The notes under the pieces: generated by a model
Seen by the model: the letters and a program-made list of their open reading frames with translations, nothing else
What the model was told of the DNA's origin: nothing
Database searches by the model: none
Translations under genes and position numbers: made by a program
NCBI GenBank assembly: GCA_977862235.1
Contig: OZ374562.1
Location: 1,984,001-2,048,000 of the forward strand
Reading direction: 5' to 3'
DNA from: Dudresnaya verticillata
Lineage: Eukaryota
DNA: 64,000 nucleotides
Part shown: piece after piece, positions 19,819 through 30,978 of the stretch
Layout of the letters: each line of letters begins with the position of its first letter
How positions within the stretch are numbered: position 1 is the stretch's first letter

Positions 19819-21639
19819 GTGTGCCGCTTGCCATGGCGGGTGGCAGCACTGACCGCGGGCGGCCCCCTTTTCAACCGACGCGGCGTGCGCCGTCGACGGG
19901 GGAGGTGCCGGCCGCGGAGGTGCCCACGCAACAAGACGAAGCGCGGGCGACTACCATACTGGAGTCTCCGACTGTGGCGGCAGGAGCCCCAGGGCATACG
20001 GCGAGCCCGAGGGTGCCACGCCGCCGGCTCAGGGGCGAGGGCCCGATGGCGAGCACACCGCTTCCGGATCGTCAAGTGGGAGACTGGGCGCATCGGCCTG
20101 GCAGGTCTAACACCGAAATGGAGTACCGCGCAAGCGGCGAGCCACGGCAGGGGGCATCACGCCAGTTGCGGCGGGGCAGCAATGGTCAACTCCGCACGGG
20201 TGTTACGATGCGTGGGGCAGGATCACCCGTATGGTCGGACTGGGAACGTTCAGCGACTGCCTTCACCGATGAGGGGTGGCGTGATTACTCCACTGGGGCC
20301 AAGGTCGTACACTCCAGCTGTGTATCGGGGGCTCGTGAGTTCAACCGAGTACACCGATGAGGCGACGTGGTTGGGTCGCGAATACGACCACCGTACAGGT
20401 CGGCGTCACCGCACCGAAGAGGAGCGCTACATGCTCCGCCTCCCCCTTACCTTTTCGTTGTTCGTGATGGATTACGCCGAGACGTTGGAGGGGCGCCGCT
20501 ATAACGCCGTGATGGAGTCCAGTCGGCTGATCAACCACAAGTGGTTTCCGAACTGGCGGGAAGAAATGTGGAAGTCCCGCTGGATTCACTCCGCTTGCCG
20601 GACACGGACTCCGCGTTGGTGTGACATCGTGTGGGTGCGGTGTCAGGAAGAAGAGGGTTACGCCGAGAAGGTGTTCCGCTTATTTTTGTCCGCACATCGG
20701 CTGCAGAATCGTCCGTTGGGTGTGGAGTTCGTGTGCTACACCAAACCGTACGACCAGGGCGTACATTGGTTTGGCAATCCGCAACGGTGGTCCGACGACG
20801 TAGCGAAGGAACACCGACTCCGCTTGCGGGATCGCGATGGGCGCCGTTTAGGCAGGGCGTTACTCCACACTTGGAATACCCACGAATGCTTCCAAGTGCC
20901 ATCGTCGTCGCGCCACAGCCTCTACCTTACCGCGCCGGAGTGGTGGGCCGAATACGAGGTCACCCGCTGGCTTTCGGTGCCGAATCCGACAGTGGTGGCG
21001 TACTTCACGAATCGGTTCCTTCGACACCGTAATTGGAAAGAGTTACACCCAGGCGGAGAGAAGTCAATCGATCACCCACAGATGGCCGTTTTGGAGTTAA
21101 TCCTTCGTTCGGAGTGGGCGATGTTCGTGCTCTTTTCGTGGCTACAAGTTACCTATCGCGGTGTGCGTTCGAACACGAAGATGGCCGATTGGAGAGCATT
21201 CCCAAGAGACAGCACCGAGCCGGAGGGTGGTGACTGTGGGCGCATTTTCGAGTTGCCCGCCAAGGTCGTCTCGCTCATACACCAAATGGGAGTAGCCGCG
21301 CTCGTGGAGGGGACCGAGTATCCGTTGGAGCGCGTGCAGCGGTTGTTGACGGTTCACGCGAGCACCAACTGGAAGAAGACACCGGGTTTCGTTGGCTACC
21401 ATTGGGAAGACGACCGGGTGTTGTCCGTTCCGCCGCTGATCCCAGGGTGCGGCCTGCCTTACTACTTGTCGGCAGAGGACCCCAATCCGGTGTGGTTACT
21501 TGATGAGGAGATGGCCAACTGGCATGCGATGCGATCCCACGCAAGGCACTATCCAGTCACGAAGGGGCCACCGAGGCGGCCGGGACATCGCGAGTGGGGT
21601 ATGCCGTCTGGAGCACGTGAGCGTGGCGGGAACCCCTGA
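19819..21639 (+). CDS. Antisense orphan ORF inside gypsy A (606-aa open frame; probably the core of a disrupted ~900-aa gene from 19833 to ~22600)
   Basis: Long stop-free frame with a Trp/aromatic-rich globular-looking core from ~20340. GCCATGG start at 19833 lies in an overlapping frame, and AATAAA is at 22598. No recognisable domain. Confidence 0.72.
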   Translation: MCRLPWRVAALTAGGPLFNRRGVRRRRGRCRPRRCPRNKTKRGRLPYWSLRLWRQEPQGIRRARGCHAAGSGARARWRAHRFRIVKWETGRIGLAGLTPKWSTAQAASHGRGHHASCGGAAMVNSARVLRCVGQDHPYGRTGNVQRLPSPMRGGVITPLGPRSYTPAVYRGLVSSTEYTDEATWLGREYDHRTGRRHRTEEERYMLRLPLTFSLFVMDYAETLEGRRYNAVMESSRLINHKWFPNWREEMWKSRWIHSACRTRTPRWCDIVWVRCQEEEGYAEKVFRLFLSAHRLQNRPLGVEFVCYTKPYDQGVHWFGNPQRWSDDVAKEHRLRLRDRDGRRLGRALLHTWNTHECFQVPSSSRHSLYLTAPEWWAEYEVTRWLSVPNPTVVAYFTNRFLRHRNWKELHPGGEKSIDHPQMAVLELILRSEWAMFVLFSWLQVTYRGVRSNTKMADWRAFPRDSTEPEGGDCGRIFELPAKVVSLIHQMGVAALVEGTEYPLERVQRLLTVHASTNWKKTPGFVGYHWEDDRVLSVPPLIPGCGLPYYLSAEDPNPVWLLDEEMANWHAMRSHARHYPVTKGPPRRPGHREWGMPSGARERGGNP

Positions 21640-22766
21640 GCGGATCAGGAAGAAATTACACCCGTGGTAATGATGGGCATCGAGCTAACGCGTGAAGATC
21701 CGAGGGTGTTGGTGCCCCGCTAGTCGCCAGAGGTTGAGGCGAGGAATCGCAATCGCGCGGTGGTACCGCCGAATAAGCCCGTAACGGTGTCTCCAAAAGG
21801 AGCAGAGGCGCAGGGGCCGGAGGTTGTGTTGCCTCCGCCTGCACCACCGGCGCACACCAATGCGGTTCCGCTTAGGCAGTGGTGCGGCCGAGGGTTAGTG
21901 AGGCACTTACTCCACCAACTACGGCAGCTATGATTACCAGCGTGGAGACCCAGCCAGTAGCGCGGGCAGCCAAGAACGCTCAGCTGGGACCCATCGGAAC
22001 GCCAGAAGACGCCGATGCGGAAGTGACTACCACACCAATGGGAAAAGCAAAAACTACACACCGTGGGGGGTGAATCCGTCCTCCACATTGCAGGGCGATA
22101 CAGCAAAGCGGGGCGACGTGGTCAAGCCGACGTCGACGGAGTCGAGTGACTCCGTCGTCTGCGGCACACCCTTGAATCCAGCTGGTACCGCGGCAAGGCC
22201 TACCGATTCCGTCACGGTCAAGAAAGAGAAGGACACCGATGTGTAAATGGCGACGTGGTGCGACGCGGATTTGCGTGTCGATGGGGCTGCCCTGCAGCGA
22301 CTCCGCGAAGGGTGTAGAGACGCGGGTATGCCTCTTCCAACGTCGGCAAACGAGGCCATTAACACCGCAGTGCTGTGGGTCGGGTCTCTGGTGCGCCTGC
22401 GGCGTACCATTCGCGCTTTGCGTCGTCTAATGACAGACACCGGTAGGAGACTCACCATGATACCGCAAGGGTGTATGGTGGGGACATTCCCGGCTTGGAG
22501 GAGAGTGCGGCCAAAGAGGAGGATACGGAGGCTGACCTGGCGCCACCAGCGAAGCGCCCGCGGAATGCAGTGTAATTGCGTAGTAATGCCACTTGTCAAT
22601 AAAATCTCTTGATTTGTGTGAGCCCCCTTCCACTGGCGGAAGGGAAGTGGAATAACACCACTGTGGAGTGAGTCCCGAAGTGGCGGGGGTACCCTCCACC
22701 ACACAAGGCTTTGCGTCAGGTTGACGACCACCTAATGCCAGAAGTGGTTGCGCGCTTGTCGGCAAT

Positions 22767-22930
22767 TCACCAATATGGAGTAGAGCCCCTTGGGCAAGGG
22801 TTCTATGATTACAGATTCCACAGGCCATGCCCGTTTTGTGCCAACGCCAAGTCACCAATATGGAGTAGAGCCCCTTGGGCAAGGATTCTGTGGCTACCGA
22901 GTCCACGGGTCATGCCCGGTTTTGCCAAAA
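22767..22930. repeat. Two tandem ~85-bp repeats in the 3' internal region of gypsy A
   Basis: TCACCAATATGGAGTAGAGCCCCTTGGGCAAGG at 22767 and 22852, with continuing imperfect similarity. Confidence 0.9.
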
Positions 22931-22959
22931 CCACTACTGCGTGGGTGAGTAGCAAATGG

Positions 22960-23190
22960 TCATCGACGCGTGGAAGCTCGGCGACGTCGGGCTGCAACGG
23001 CTGCCAGGCGCTTTCTATTCCAATAGCGGTGTATAACGTTTTGCGGGAACTCCTCAGCAGGTTCATACGTGTCCTGATCTGGTGGGTAGCCGTACCAACG
23101 CACCTTGTAGGTCATGCCCGTGGGTTCTTCGCGGTGTTCGACGATCTGGTTGATGACATACTCCGTGTCAGCATCAATTGTCTCCTGCAC
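22960..23190 (-). CDS. Integrase C-terminal chromodomain (frameshifted from pol)
   Basis: EYVINQIVEHREEPTGMTYKVRWYGYPPDQDTYEPAEEFP, with aromatic-cage Y/W/Y residues retained. Confidence 0.9.
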   Translation of the reverse strand: MQETIDADTEYVINQIVEHREEPTGMTYKVRWYGYPPDQDTYEPAEEFPQNVIHRYWNRKRLAAVAARRRRASTRR

Positions 23191-26100
23191 GGGGCAGGAA
23201 TACCGCCTGGTGTTTGGGGCGTTACAGTAATATCACCTGGTGTTTGGGGTACTACTGTGGTGCCTCCCGCCTGCTGGGGTACTGTACCGTCCACGTCGAT
23301 GTATGGCGTAACCGGCGGAGCCAATAGCGGCGCCGGCTGCACGGGAACTCCAATTGGTACCATAGTGATGCGATCGATGCTGATGGGAATTAGGACGCCA
23401 TCCTTCTTGATAGTGACTACAGTGTCCGTTGCGGTGTGTACCTCGTAGGGGCCCGTCTATCTTGGGAGGAGCTTCTTCATTTGCTCCGCAAATTCACCGA
23501 CGTGGTCAGGGCCTTGACCCAATCGGTCGCGTTCCTTCCGTTCGGTGGGTCGTAGATTACGCGGTGGGGAGATCTACGTAGACTTGATCGCCACCGCGAA
23601 CCACCGGTTGGAAACGCACCTTACGGTCGAAGAGGGCCTTAGACTTCAACTGGGCTGTAGTCTGTTTGGTCTGCGCCTTCTGTAGGGCATAGCGCAAACG
23701 CCGCATGGTTCCCCGCTTTTGGAGCACGGGCGTAATACGCCCCTCCGTAACGGTTTCTTCCAACTCCACAGGGGTGCCACGTATAATAACATCCGATGGG
23801 TGTCGAGTTAACACCAAGTCAAAGGAAGTAGGATCCGTAATCTGGTGTACCTGCATATTGTAGGAGTAGGTCAACGGCTGTAGGTATAAATCACAATCGG
23901 TGTGGTGATCCTCGACGTAGTGTCGAAGGCGCTGTGCGATGGTTTTGTTAAACCGCTCGGCTTGCCCGTTTGTTTGCAGGTGATAGGCAGCGGTCAGCAA
24001 ATGCCGCACGACGAGTAGGGCATGGACAGCGTCGAAGAACTTCGCCGTGAACTTTCTTCCATTGTCGGTGAGTACAAATTTAGGTGCGCCGTACGCATAC
24101 ACCCAATGGTCTAAAAATGCGTTCGCCACCACGACGGCTATAATCGTCCGTAACAGAATGCACCGTGTTAGTTTAGAAACCCGATCGGTGATGACCAGTA
24201 CAAAGACGTCTCCCCGTTTGGTTTTCAGCAGCGTGCCCAGTATGTCCGTAGCGACAAACTCCAGTGGGCCACTCGCGGGAAATAGCTTCATGAACTTCTG
24301 ATGCTTAAACCGCGTGCCCTTGGTTTTGACACATGAGCGGCAACTCCGAACGGTCTCCAATACATTATTAGCCATATGTGGCCAATAGTAGTCCCTCCGT
24401 AAGGTGTAGTACATCTTAATTCCGCCAGGGTATCCCGACATCAGGGTGTAGTGGGCAATATACAGGACCCTGCCACGGATCTGTTGCGGGACCAGCTTTT
24501 GGAGTACACCGTCGAGGGCAGACTTGAGAACAAGAGACCCATGTCGGTCGTAGTCAAATTGTGATCCAGGGGATCCCACCGATTCGGCTTTAAGCTTGCA
24601 GAAAGTATCCGTTGCTTGCGCGGCTATGAACTCCTCACGGGTAAGGGTCTCATTTCGCATATCCTCTTGTTGGATGACCGTTTGCCGGAATGGAGTGGGT
24701 GCTACTGTATCCTTTTCAGGCGTAGTATTCGTTTCGGTGTCCCCACTTTCAACGCCTAGGACAGGGCTGCTTGCGGCATCAGGCTGTTGGGTCTGTTTCC
24801 AATTGGTTAGTCGCACACCATGTTGCACTACACCACTAGGAGTCGATTCCATAACGAAGCAAGGCACTTCCTCATCCAACTCAGCTTTATCAACACCACC
24901 TGTTCGGAGTCTTGACATACCGTCTGCGAGTTGGTGCTTGATATCGGGGCGGTATTGTACTTCGAACTCAAATTCCGATAGGCGTAGGCGCCATCTTGCT
25001 AAACGTCCAGACGCATCGGCTAAACGCAATGTCCAGCGTAATGCGTCGTGATCCGTACGGAGTATAAACTTTTCACCGTAAAGGTAGGGGCGTAGCGTTA
25101 GCATACTCCAAACTACAGCAAGGCACTCCTTTTCAGTGGTTGTGTAATTCTTCTCCGCATCGGTTAGACTTCGGCTCCAGTAATCCACTGGTAGATTATC
25201 TCCACTAGGTTGCTCCTGGAGAAGGACACACCCAACTTGGTAGTCACAAGCGTCGGTATCCAACGTATAATTAAAACCGTGACGGGTAAAGCCAATATTG
25301 GAGGGGAGGGTAGGTGTCTCTTTAACTCCTCAAAGGCGTGAAACGCCGTTTCGGTGAGAGTTCCAAACTCGAACACCAGACCACTGCCCGTTTTGTTATT
25401 GAGTGGCGAAGCAATACGTGCAAAATTGGGAACGAAGCGTCAATAGACGTTACATAATCCTAGAAAAGAGCGTAACTCCGTTTGGTTTGTAGGTAGCTTA
25501 GCCTCCCTGATGGCGAGAATATTCTTCCGTTCCACTTCCAGTTGGCTCGGGCGCACTATGTGGCCCAGATACTGTACGGAAGTGTCGAAGAAGGCACACT
25601 TTGATAATTTCAGAGTTACACCTGCGGAACGGAGTAGCGTGAGGATCTCCTTAAGGTGTTCGAAGTGCTCCGTGACGGTGTTAGAATATACAATGACATC
25701 ATCTAGGTAGATTAAGGCAAATTGCCATTTCACAGTAGATAGGATGATGTCAACCGCCCGTTGGAAAGTAGCCGGTGCGTTTTTGAGCCCAAAAGGCATT
25801 CTCCGGAAGCGGTATAATCCATAATGACTGGTTAAGGTAGTTTTGTCACGTTCCTACTCGGGGGTCTCTACTTGCCAATAGCCACTATTACAATCCAGAG
25901 TGGTGAATACTGTAGCTTCTCCAAGGGAGTCGATACATTCATCCATCCGGGGTAAAGGGTATGAATCCCGAACGGTGACAGCGTTAAGACGTCTATAATC
26001 GACACAAAACCGCATGGAGCTGTCCGTTTTAGGAACAAAGACCACGGGGCTAGCCCACTCCGAAGCGGATGGCTCGATCACCTTAGCGGACAACATACGA

Positions 26101-27305
26101 TCCACTTCTGCCTTCTCCAGCTCGCGCTGTTTATGTCCTGCCCGATGTGGTGCTTGATATACCGGTTTGGCACCAGGCATTAATTCAATACGGTGTTTCG
26201 CGGCCGTTATATTTCCTAACTCGCCGTTCCACATAGTGCTGAACTCCTAGAGGAGTGTAACCACCTTAGCGCGGAGTTTTTCATCCTTGGAAACAATATG
26301 GATGTTATCCTTCCAGACGGTGTCAGGGGTTGTAGTCGATTCCGATACGGTGTTTCCTTTGAATCCATCGTGGGGAGTAGCCTTGCTGCTCTCATTAGGA
26401 GGAGTAGGAAAGGAATTAATCTGTCCTCCCCCTCCTTAAATGGAGGTACACCGTTAACGGTGAGTATGGCAGAGGGAGCAGCAGTAGCGAGGCCCATGAC
26501 GGTAGACTTGGGTAACCGCACCGGTTTGGGGGAAAATTAGTCAGCCACACCTTAAAGGGTTTGTTAGGGATTATATCCATAACCCCGTTAGCCATAAGGG
26601 TGAGGTGTTTATGGATGGGTTTGGGATCGTTTTGAAGAAAACACAAGCCATCGGTAGGAGTAGTGACCAATGCAAGGGATTGGGTCATAGGGGGGATAAT
26701 AAGGGATTTTGCTAGGCGGAGCTTTTGCGATACCAAAGCAGAGGACACAGGGGGGCCCTGGAGAGGAGAAGCAGCCACCGTTTTGGAGTGTCGGGTTTGT
26801 CCCATTAGCGAAACTGGGGGTGGTGATGAAAAACAACTTTCCGTGCCGGTGGGAGGATCGCCTTGACATGGCGATCAATAAAACTGGTTCCCAGAATACA
26901 CGGAGGAGCGAGGTTCGCGACCACCAGGAAGTGGACTCAAGTACGCAATTCTCCGATACGGACGAGAAGTTGACTGACACCAAGCAGGCGTATCGACCTA
27001 TTGGACGCATCCCGTAAAGGTGGACTGGTATCTGGGCGAATCAAAGACAACCAGTGGCGTGGAAGCCGTCGGTCGTTAATGAGATTTGGCCTAGCACCAG
27101 AATCCAATACGGTGATGAGAGGCAACATGAGGTCATTAATCCTTCCCACGATAATCTGGATTTTATAATTCTGCCGTTGTAGAACACAGACAGAATCACC
27201 AGGTGGTGGAAATTCAAGGGGGATTTCTGGAACAAAATCAAGGGGGTACTCCGTAATGGTGGCAGACTGACAGTCCGGGAAAGCCCGTATTGGTGGGCGT
27301 ACCAC
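22960..27305 (-). pseudogene. pol: Gypsy A pol, disrupted by several stops and frameshifts
   Basis: PR: VLDSGARPNLI. RT: WASPVVFVPK, FCVDYRRLN, LDCNSGYWQ, MPFGLKNAPATFQR, YLDD. RH: TDACD, EKECLAV, RTDH, ADGMSR. IN: ATDILG, TDNG, QTNGQAERFN. Confidence 0.95.
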
Positions 27306-27331
27306 GTCGCATTGAGGAGACGGGGACGCTC

Positions 27332-29922
27332 TTACACGTCTCCTGCGACGTTTTCCGAGTCGGGGTGTGGCATGAGTGCCTCCTTCACCATATCAGCTGG
27401 GGGCTCGCCAACCGCACCACCATCGACAGTCAGCACCCGCGCTGGGCGTTGCTGGTAGTTACCCGGTGGACGGGTTCCCCTATTGGAGTTGGCGAAGGCC
27501 TGTCGCTTGAGGAGGATCGCCTGATAGTTGCGCTCGCGCTCTTCTATCAGGGGACCCCTTTTTCTGTGTCGCTCAGATACGGACAAATGACATGGTCCGG
27601 GGAGAGGCACAAGCGACAGTAGCCGCTTCCATAGAGGCGTCTGACATCCGGTGAGGTGTGATTCGTATGCTCTGCGGCAGGGGATTGTTTTCCAATACGG
27701 TGTTCGCTCTGCCCTTGATGGGGAGGCGTGTTACCGTGGGGGTGTCCAATATGGCTAGGATGCTGCCCGGTGGTTCCCTGACGGTGTGTGGCGGGGCCGT
27801 AGCGGCTGTCAGCCGGTCCGTAGCGGGGTTGCCGGGGTGGTGGCATCCGTGGCGCTGGTGGGCGAAGGTTCGGAGTCCGAGGCGGAGTAGGGTAGACACT
27901 ACTCGGTGGGGAAGAGTACGCTGTAGTAAACGTAACCCCCGACGAGGTGCCGGCGCTACGACCCGCGCCACCTTCCAGGGCGAGCACATGCTCCTCCGAT
28001 TCAGCGGGATACTCCGAGTAGGTATAATGCGATGGAGATCCAATCGACAGAACGCCAGAGCGTCGTGACTGACTCTTCGGTTTTCCGTCGAAGACGTGCA
28101 CCGCTGAGGTTTGGCGTCTGGCTGCCCGATGGGATTCTCCGAGCCCTTTAGCGTAGCGGGTGATGGCTTGGTAATCCATATGGGGGTGTGTCGCCAGATA
28201 ATTGCGCATCTGCTGACACGTTCCCGGTAGGAGTCCTTCCACAAACAGCGACTTGAGGGACCTGTCGGAGAATACTGTACCGCATCGGAGTGCCTTAGTC
28301 CAAAGTTGGTTGGAGAATTGCTCTTCCGTTAAGGCCGACGTTTGTCGAAACGACGTTACGTCCGAATACCCTTCGGCAATCACCTCATCGGTAGCATAAG
28401 TCCTTAGCAAAAAGTTCACCACTTCGGTATAGGTGCGAAGCATCTCTGCTTGCTCCTCGTCGACCGCCATGGTGCCACCAGCGAGACGGGCTTGAAGCAA
28501 AGCTTCAGCCTGTCCACTTAAGAAAAACTGGAAACACCACAGTGCGGTTCCTTCCGAAATGGAGTTGATGTTACACGCATCCTTGAACTTCGCGAGAAAT
28601 CCAAGGACCGTGATGGGGTCTGTACCGTTAAAGGAGTGGGACTTCATTTGCCTCTCCAGCTTTTTGCGGATACGTCCCATATTCTGGGACAAGCTGGAGC
28701 TGTAGTAAGAACTCCTTTTCTCCAGACGGTATGTTCGGAAATCCAGCGCCTTCACGAACCTGTCGTTCAGGGGCCGGATCACCTTTGGGAGTGGCCTGTC
28801 GACCTCTCGGTGTTTGGCGTCGTGTTTTCTGGCCCGACGCCGCTCGTCCATATCCGTATCGGAGTAGCTCGTATCAGAGCCGGAGGAATGGGAGGAGTCA
28901 TGCCCTTCTCGGTGCCTATGGCGCGACTTGCGCCTATTCTTCTTCCTTTTGCGGTGTTGGCTATCATCTGATTCCATACCGGAGTGTTCTTTGTCCCGTC
29001 GCGAAGCGCGTTTGCTCCGTTGCGAACGGTCACGTTCCTTATCGGAGTGGGAGTCCTTGGCCTTTCTGTCAGCACTGTATCTACCACTCCGGTCTTGGTT
29101 TTTCTTGGAGTCACCATCGGAGTGCTCACTGCCTCTACGCGAAGCCACCGGCACGAGGATAAGTTCCCCCGGAGGCACTTCTGCGGGTCCAGGGACCGTA
29201 CTCCGATTCTGTTGGGGTTGGTGTGTTGGATCCAATTCGATGTATTAAGTTTGGGTAGGTAACCCAGGGGCTGCCGCTGTCCTTACCGGATCGGGCGGAA
29301 ACACCTAAGTGGGGATTTCTGGCATATATGTCGTTTCTCCCTTGACCGTGAAGTTATTCCGTATCGGTGTAGGTCCAGAAAACGGCTGCTCCTTGGGTCC
29401 CGGTAGGGGTTGTCCGGGGGTGAGCATCTGCTCGATCTCCGACGCCTGACGCTCCTGATGGATGAGCGTCTGTACCAACTCCGGAAGCTGTTTCTCCAGG
29501 TAGGAGCTAACAATGACCGGAACGGTGTCGGCGAGCGTGGTCTCAACGTCCTTGACCATGTTGGGTTGCACCTCTATACGGAAATGTTCCAACTCCCGTG
29601 GGATGACTTCCGAAAGTATCCAGTGGACACGATTGGAGTCACCTGGCTTGGATACACCCTTGCGGGAAGTATCTGAACCAGGTCGGGATTTAGAGAGCTT
29701 ACTGGCTACACCTTTAAGGAGTTCTTCAGGGTTCTCCATACCGGGGTTCAGGTCGGCAGCATCGCCACGGTGTGTTCTCGTGGCTGAGGCTACGTCCGGT
29801 TCGGTGGGCTCACTGCGGCGTGTTCTCGCAGTAGAGGGCACCTCCGGGACGGTGTTATCGTCACCGTGGCATGCTCTCGTGGTTGACGGCACCTCACCTT
29901 GATCCGATACGGTACGGTCCAT
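27332..29922 (-). pseudogene. gag: Gypsy A gag (ORFs 29305-29922 and 27547-29235 are one frame broken by stops; frameshifted C-terminus)
   Basis: Capsid-like FNGTDPITVLGFLAKF...FRQTSALTEEQF...LFVEGL, knuckle-like CRLCLSPDHVIC, and a basic/Ser-rich N-terminus. Confidence 0.85.
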
Positions 29923-29992
29923 GTGTTCTTCTATTCTTAGGATAACAAAACGGAGTCAACGGGTGTTTTGCCTTGTCCTGCCTTTACACCAA

Positions 29993-30851
29993 TGTGGTGC
30001 AAGGGGAGGGCTGCCCCTTTTTCGCTTTGAGCGTATTATATGCCAACGTCTACCGACGGCACTTCAACCGCCGTTGGCGCGCGAACACGTCATGGACGAT
30101 TGGTCCCCAGGCATACGGCTGCCGTTACCCCGCGCGGCGCGCGCGCACTGTACGGGCAGATCCGGATGTATCATCCCGATCGACAAGGCGCAAGGCGCAC
30201 GCCTGTAAGCTTGGCCCGGATCCGGATCAGATCCGGGTGGGGACATCGGGATCCGACATCGGAATCCACAGTGATGTAAGGAGCGCGCCCGTAATGGCCG
30301 CGCGCCAGCAATGATGGCGGGGATCTGGATCCGAATCCGGATCACCCGCACTTCTACACGCATGCGCCTGTAAGTCACCCATTACTCGCACGCACGCCTG
30401 TAAGCTACTCCCGAGCTCCCGCGCACGCGGCTGCATGGCGACGACGACGTGTCAGACACTCGACGGCGCGACACGCGTCCTGAGTTCCCGCGCACCGCGC
30501 CCGCCGCCGTCGCCCACGTAGTAAATTAGGTAATCCGTCTGAGACGCTGAGTAAACCCCGGACAAGCCGGCCTTGGTACAGACTTCCCCATTCCGCACGC
30601 GCGTACCCTACCGCTGCCTACGGCCTAAGCGTCTACCTCCCGTGCTTCCACGTCCCTCACCGTCCTTGACGTGTTTCCTTTTTGTTCCCTTTTTCCTGCC
30701 TTTCCGCCTCAGGCGTCTACAGTCCGCCCAAGGCGTGTCCACTGCTCTACCACAAGCCGCCCAAAGCGAGGCTACTCACCGCCACGGGCGCAGCTACCCA
30801 CCGAGTCCCGAACTGCTCGGCGGTGTTCCGTCTTCAGACGTTTGCACTACA
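29993..30851 (+). repeat. 5' LTR of gypsy element B (859 bp)
   Basis: TGTGGTGCAA...TTGCACTACA terminal inverted repeats (9/10), followed by a PBS and gag. Homologous, inverted, to solo LTR B'. Confidence 0.88.
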
Positions 30852-30853
30852 TC

Positions 30854-30874
30854 TGGTCTCCCGGCCTAGAATTG
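30854..30874 (+). other. Primer-binding site, tRNA(Tyr)-like
   Basis: TGGTCTCCCGGCCTAGAATTG lies 2 nt after the LTR's CA. Its complement ends ...CCGGGAGACCA, like the yeast tRNA-Tyr 3' end as I recall it. Confidence 0.7.
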
Positions 30875-30978
30875 TGCTACGTTTCAACGAGTGACTCCGT
30901 CGTGTGACGTCCGACTTTCCGTCTTCAGACATTCGTCGCCCATCGTCCACGACGTTCAAGCAACTCTACGACTGCATA

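Larger units (their letters stand above)
18323..29992 (-). mobile_element. Ty3/gypsy chromovirus-like element A (gag-PR-RT-RH-IN-chromo, antisense extra ORF, 3' LTR; 5' LTR missing)
   Basis: Gypsy domain order on the minus strand with PPT and LTR at 18323-19689. The 5' side abuts the unrelated LTR B at 29993. Confidence 0.92.

Noticed and set aside
22711..29902. Many 60-245-aa ORFs antisense or out of frame to gypsy A gag-pol
   Set aside because: These are shadow ORFs of GC-rich coding sequence with no motifs.
29975..30851. 29993-30851 as the 5' LTR of gypsy A, with minus-strand TGGTGTAAAGG as its PBS
   Set aside because: The LTR does not match A's 3' LTR beyond TGTGGTG. It has its own plus-strand PBS and gag, so it belongs to element B.
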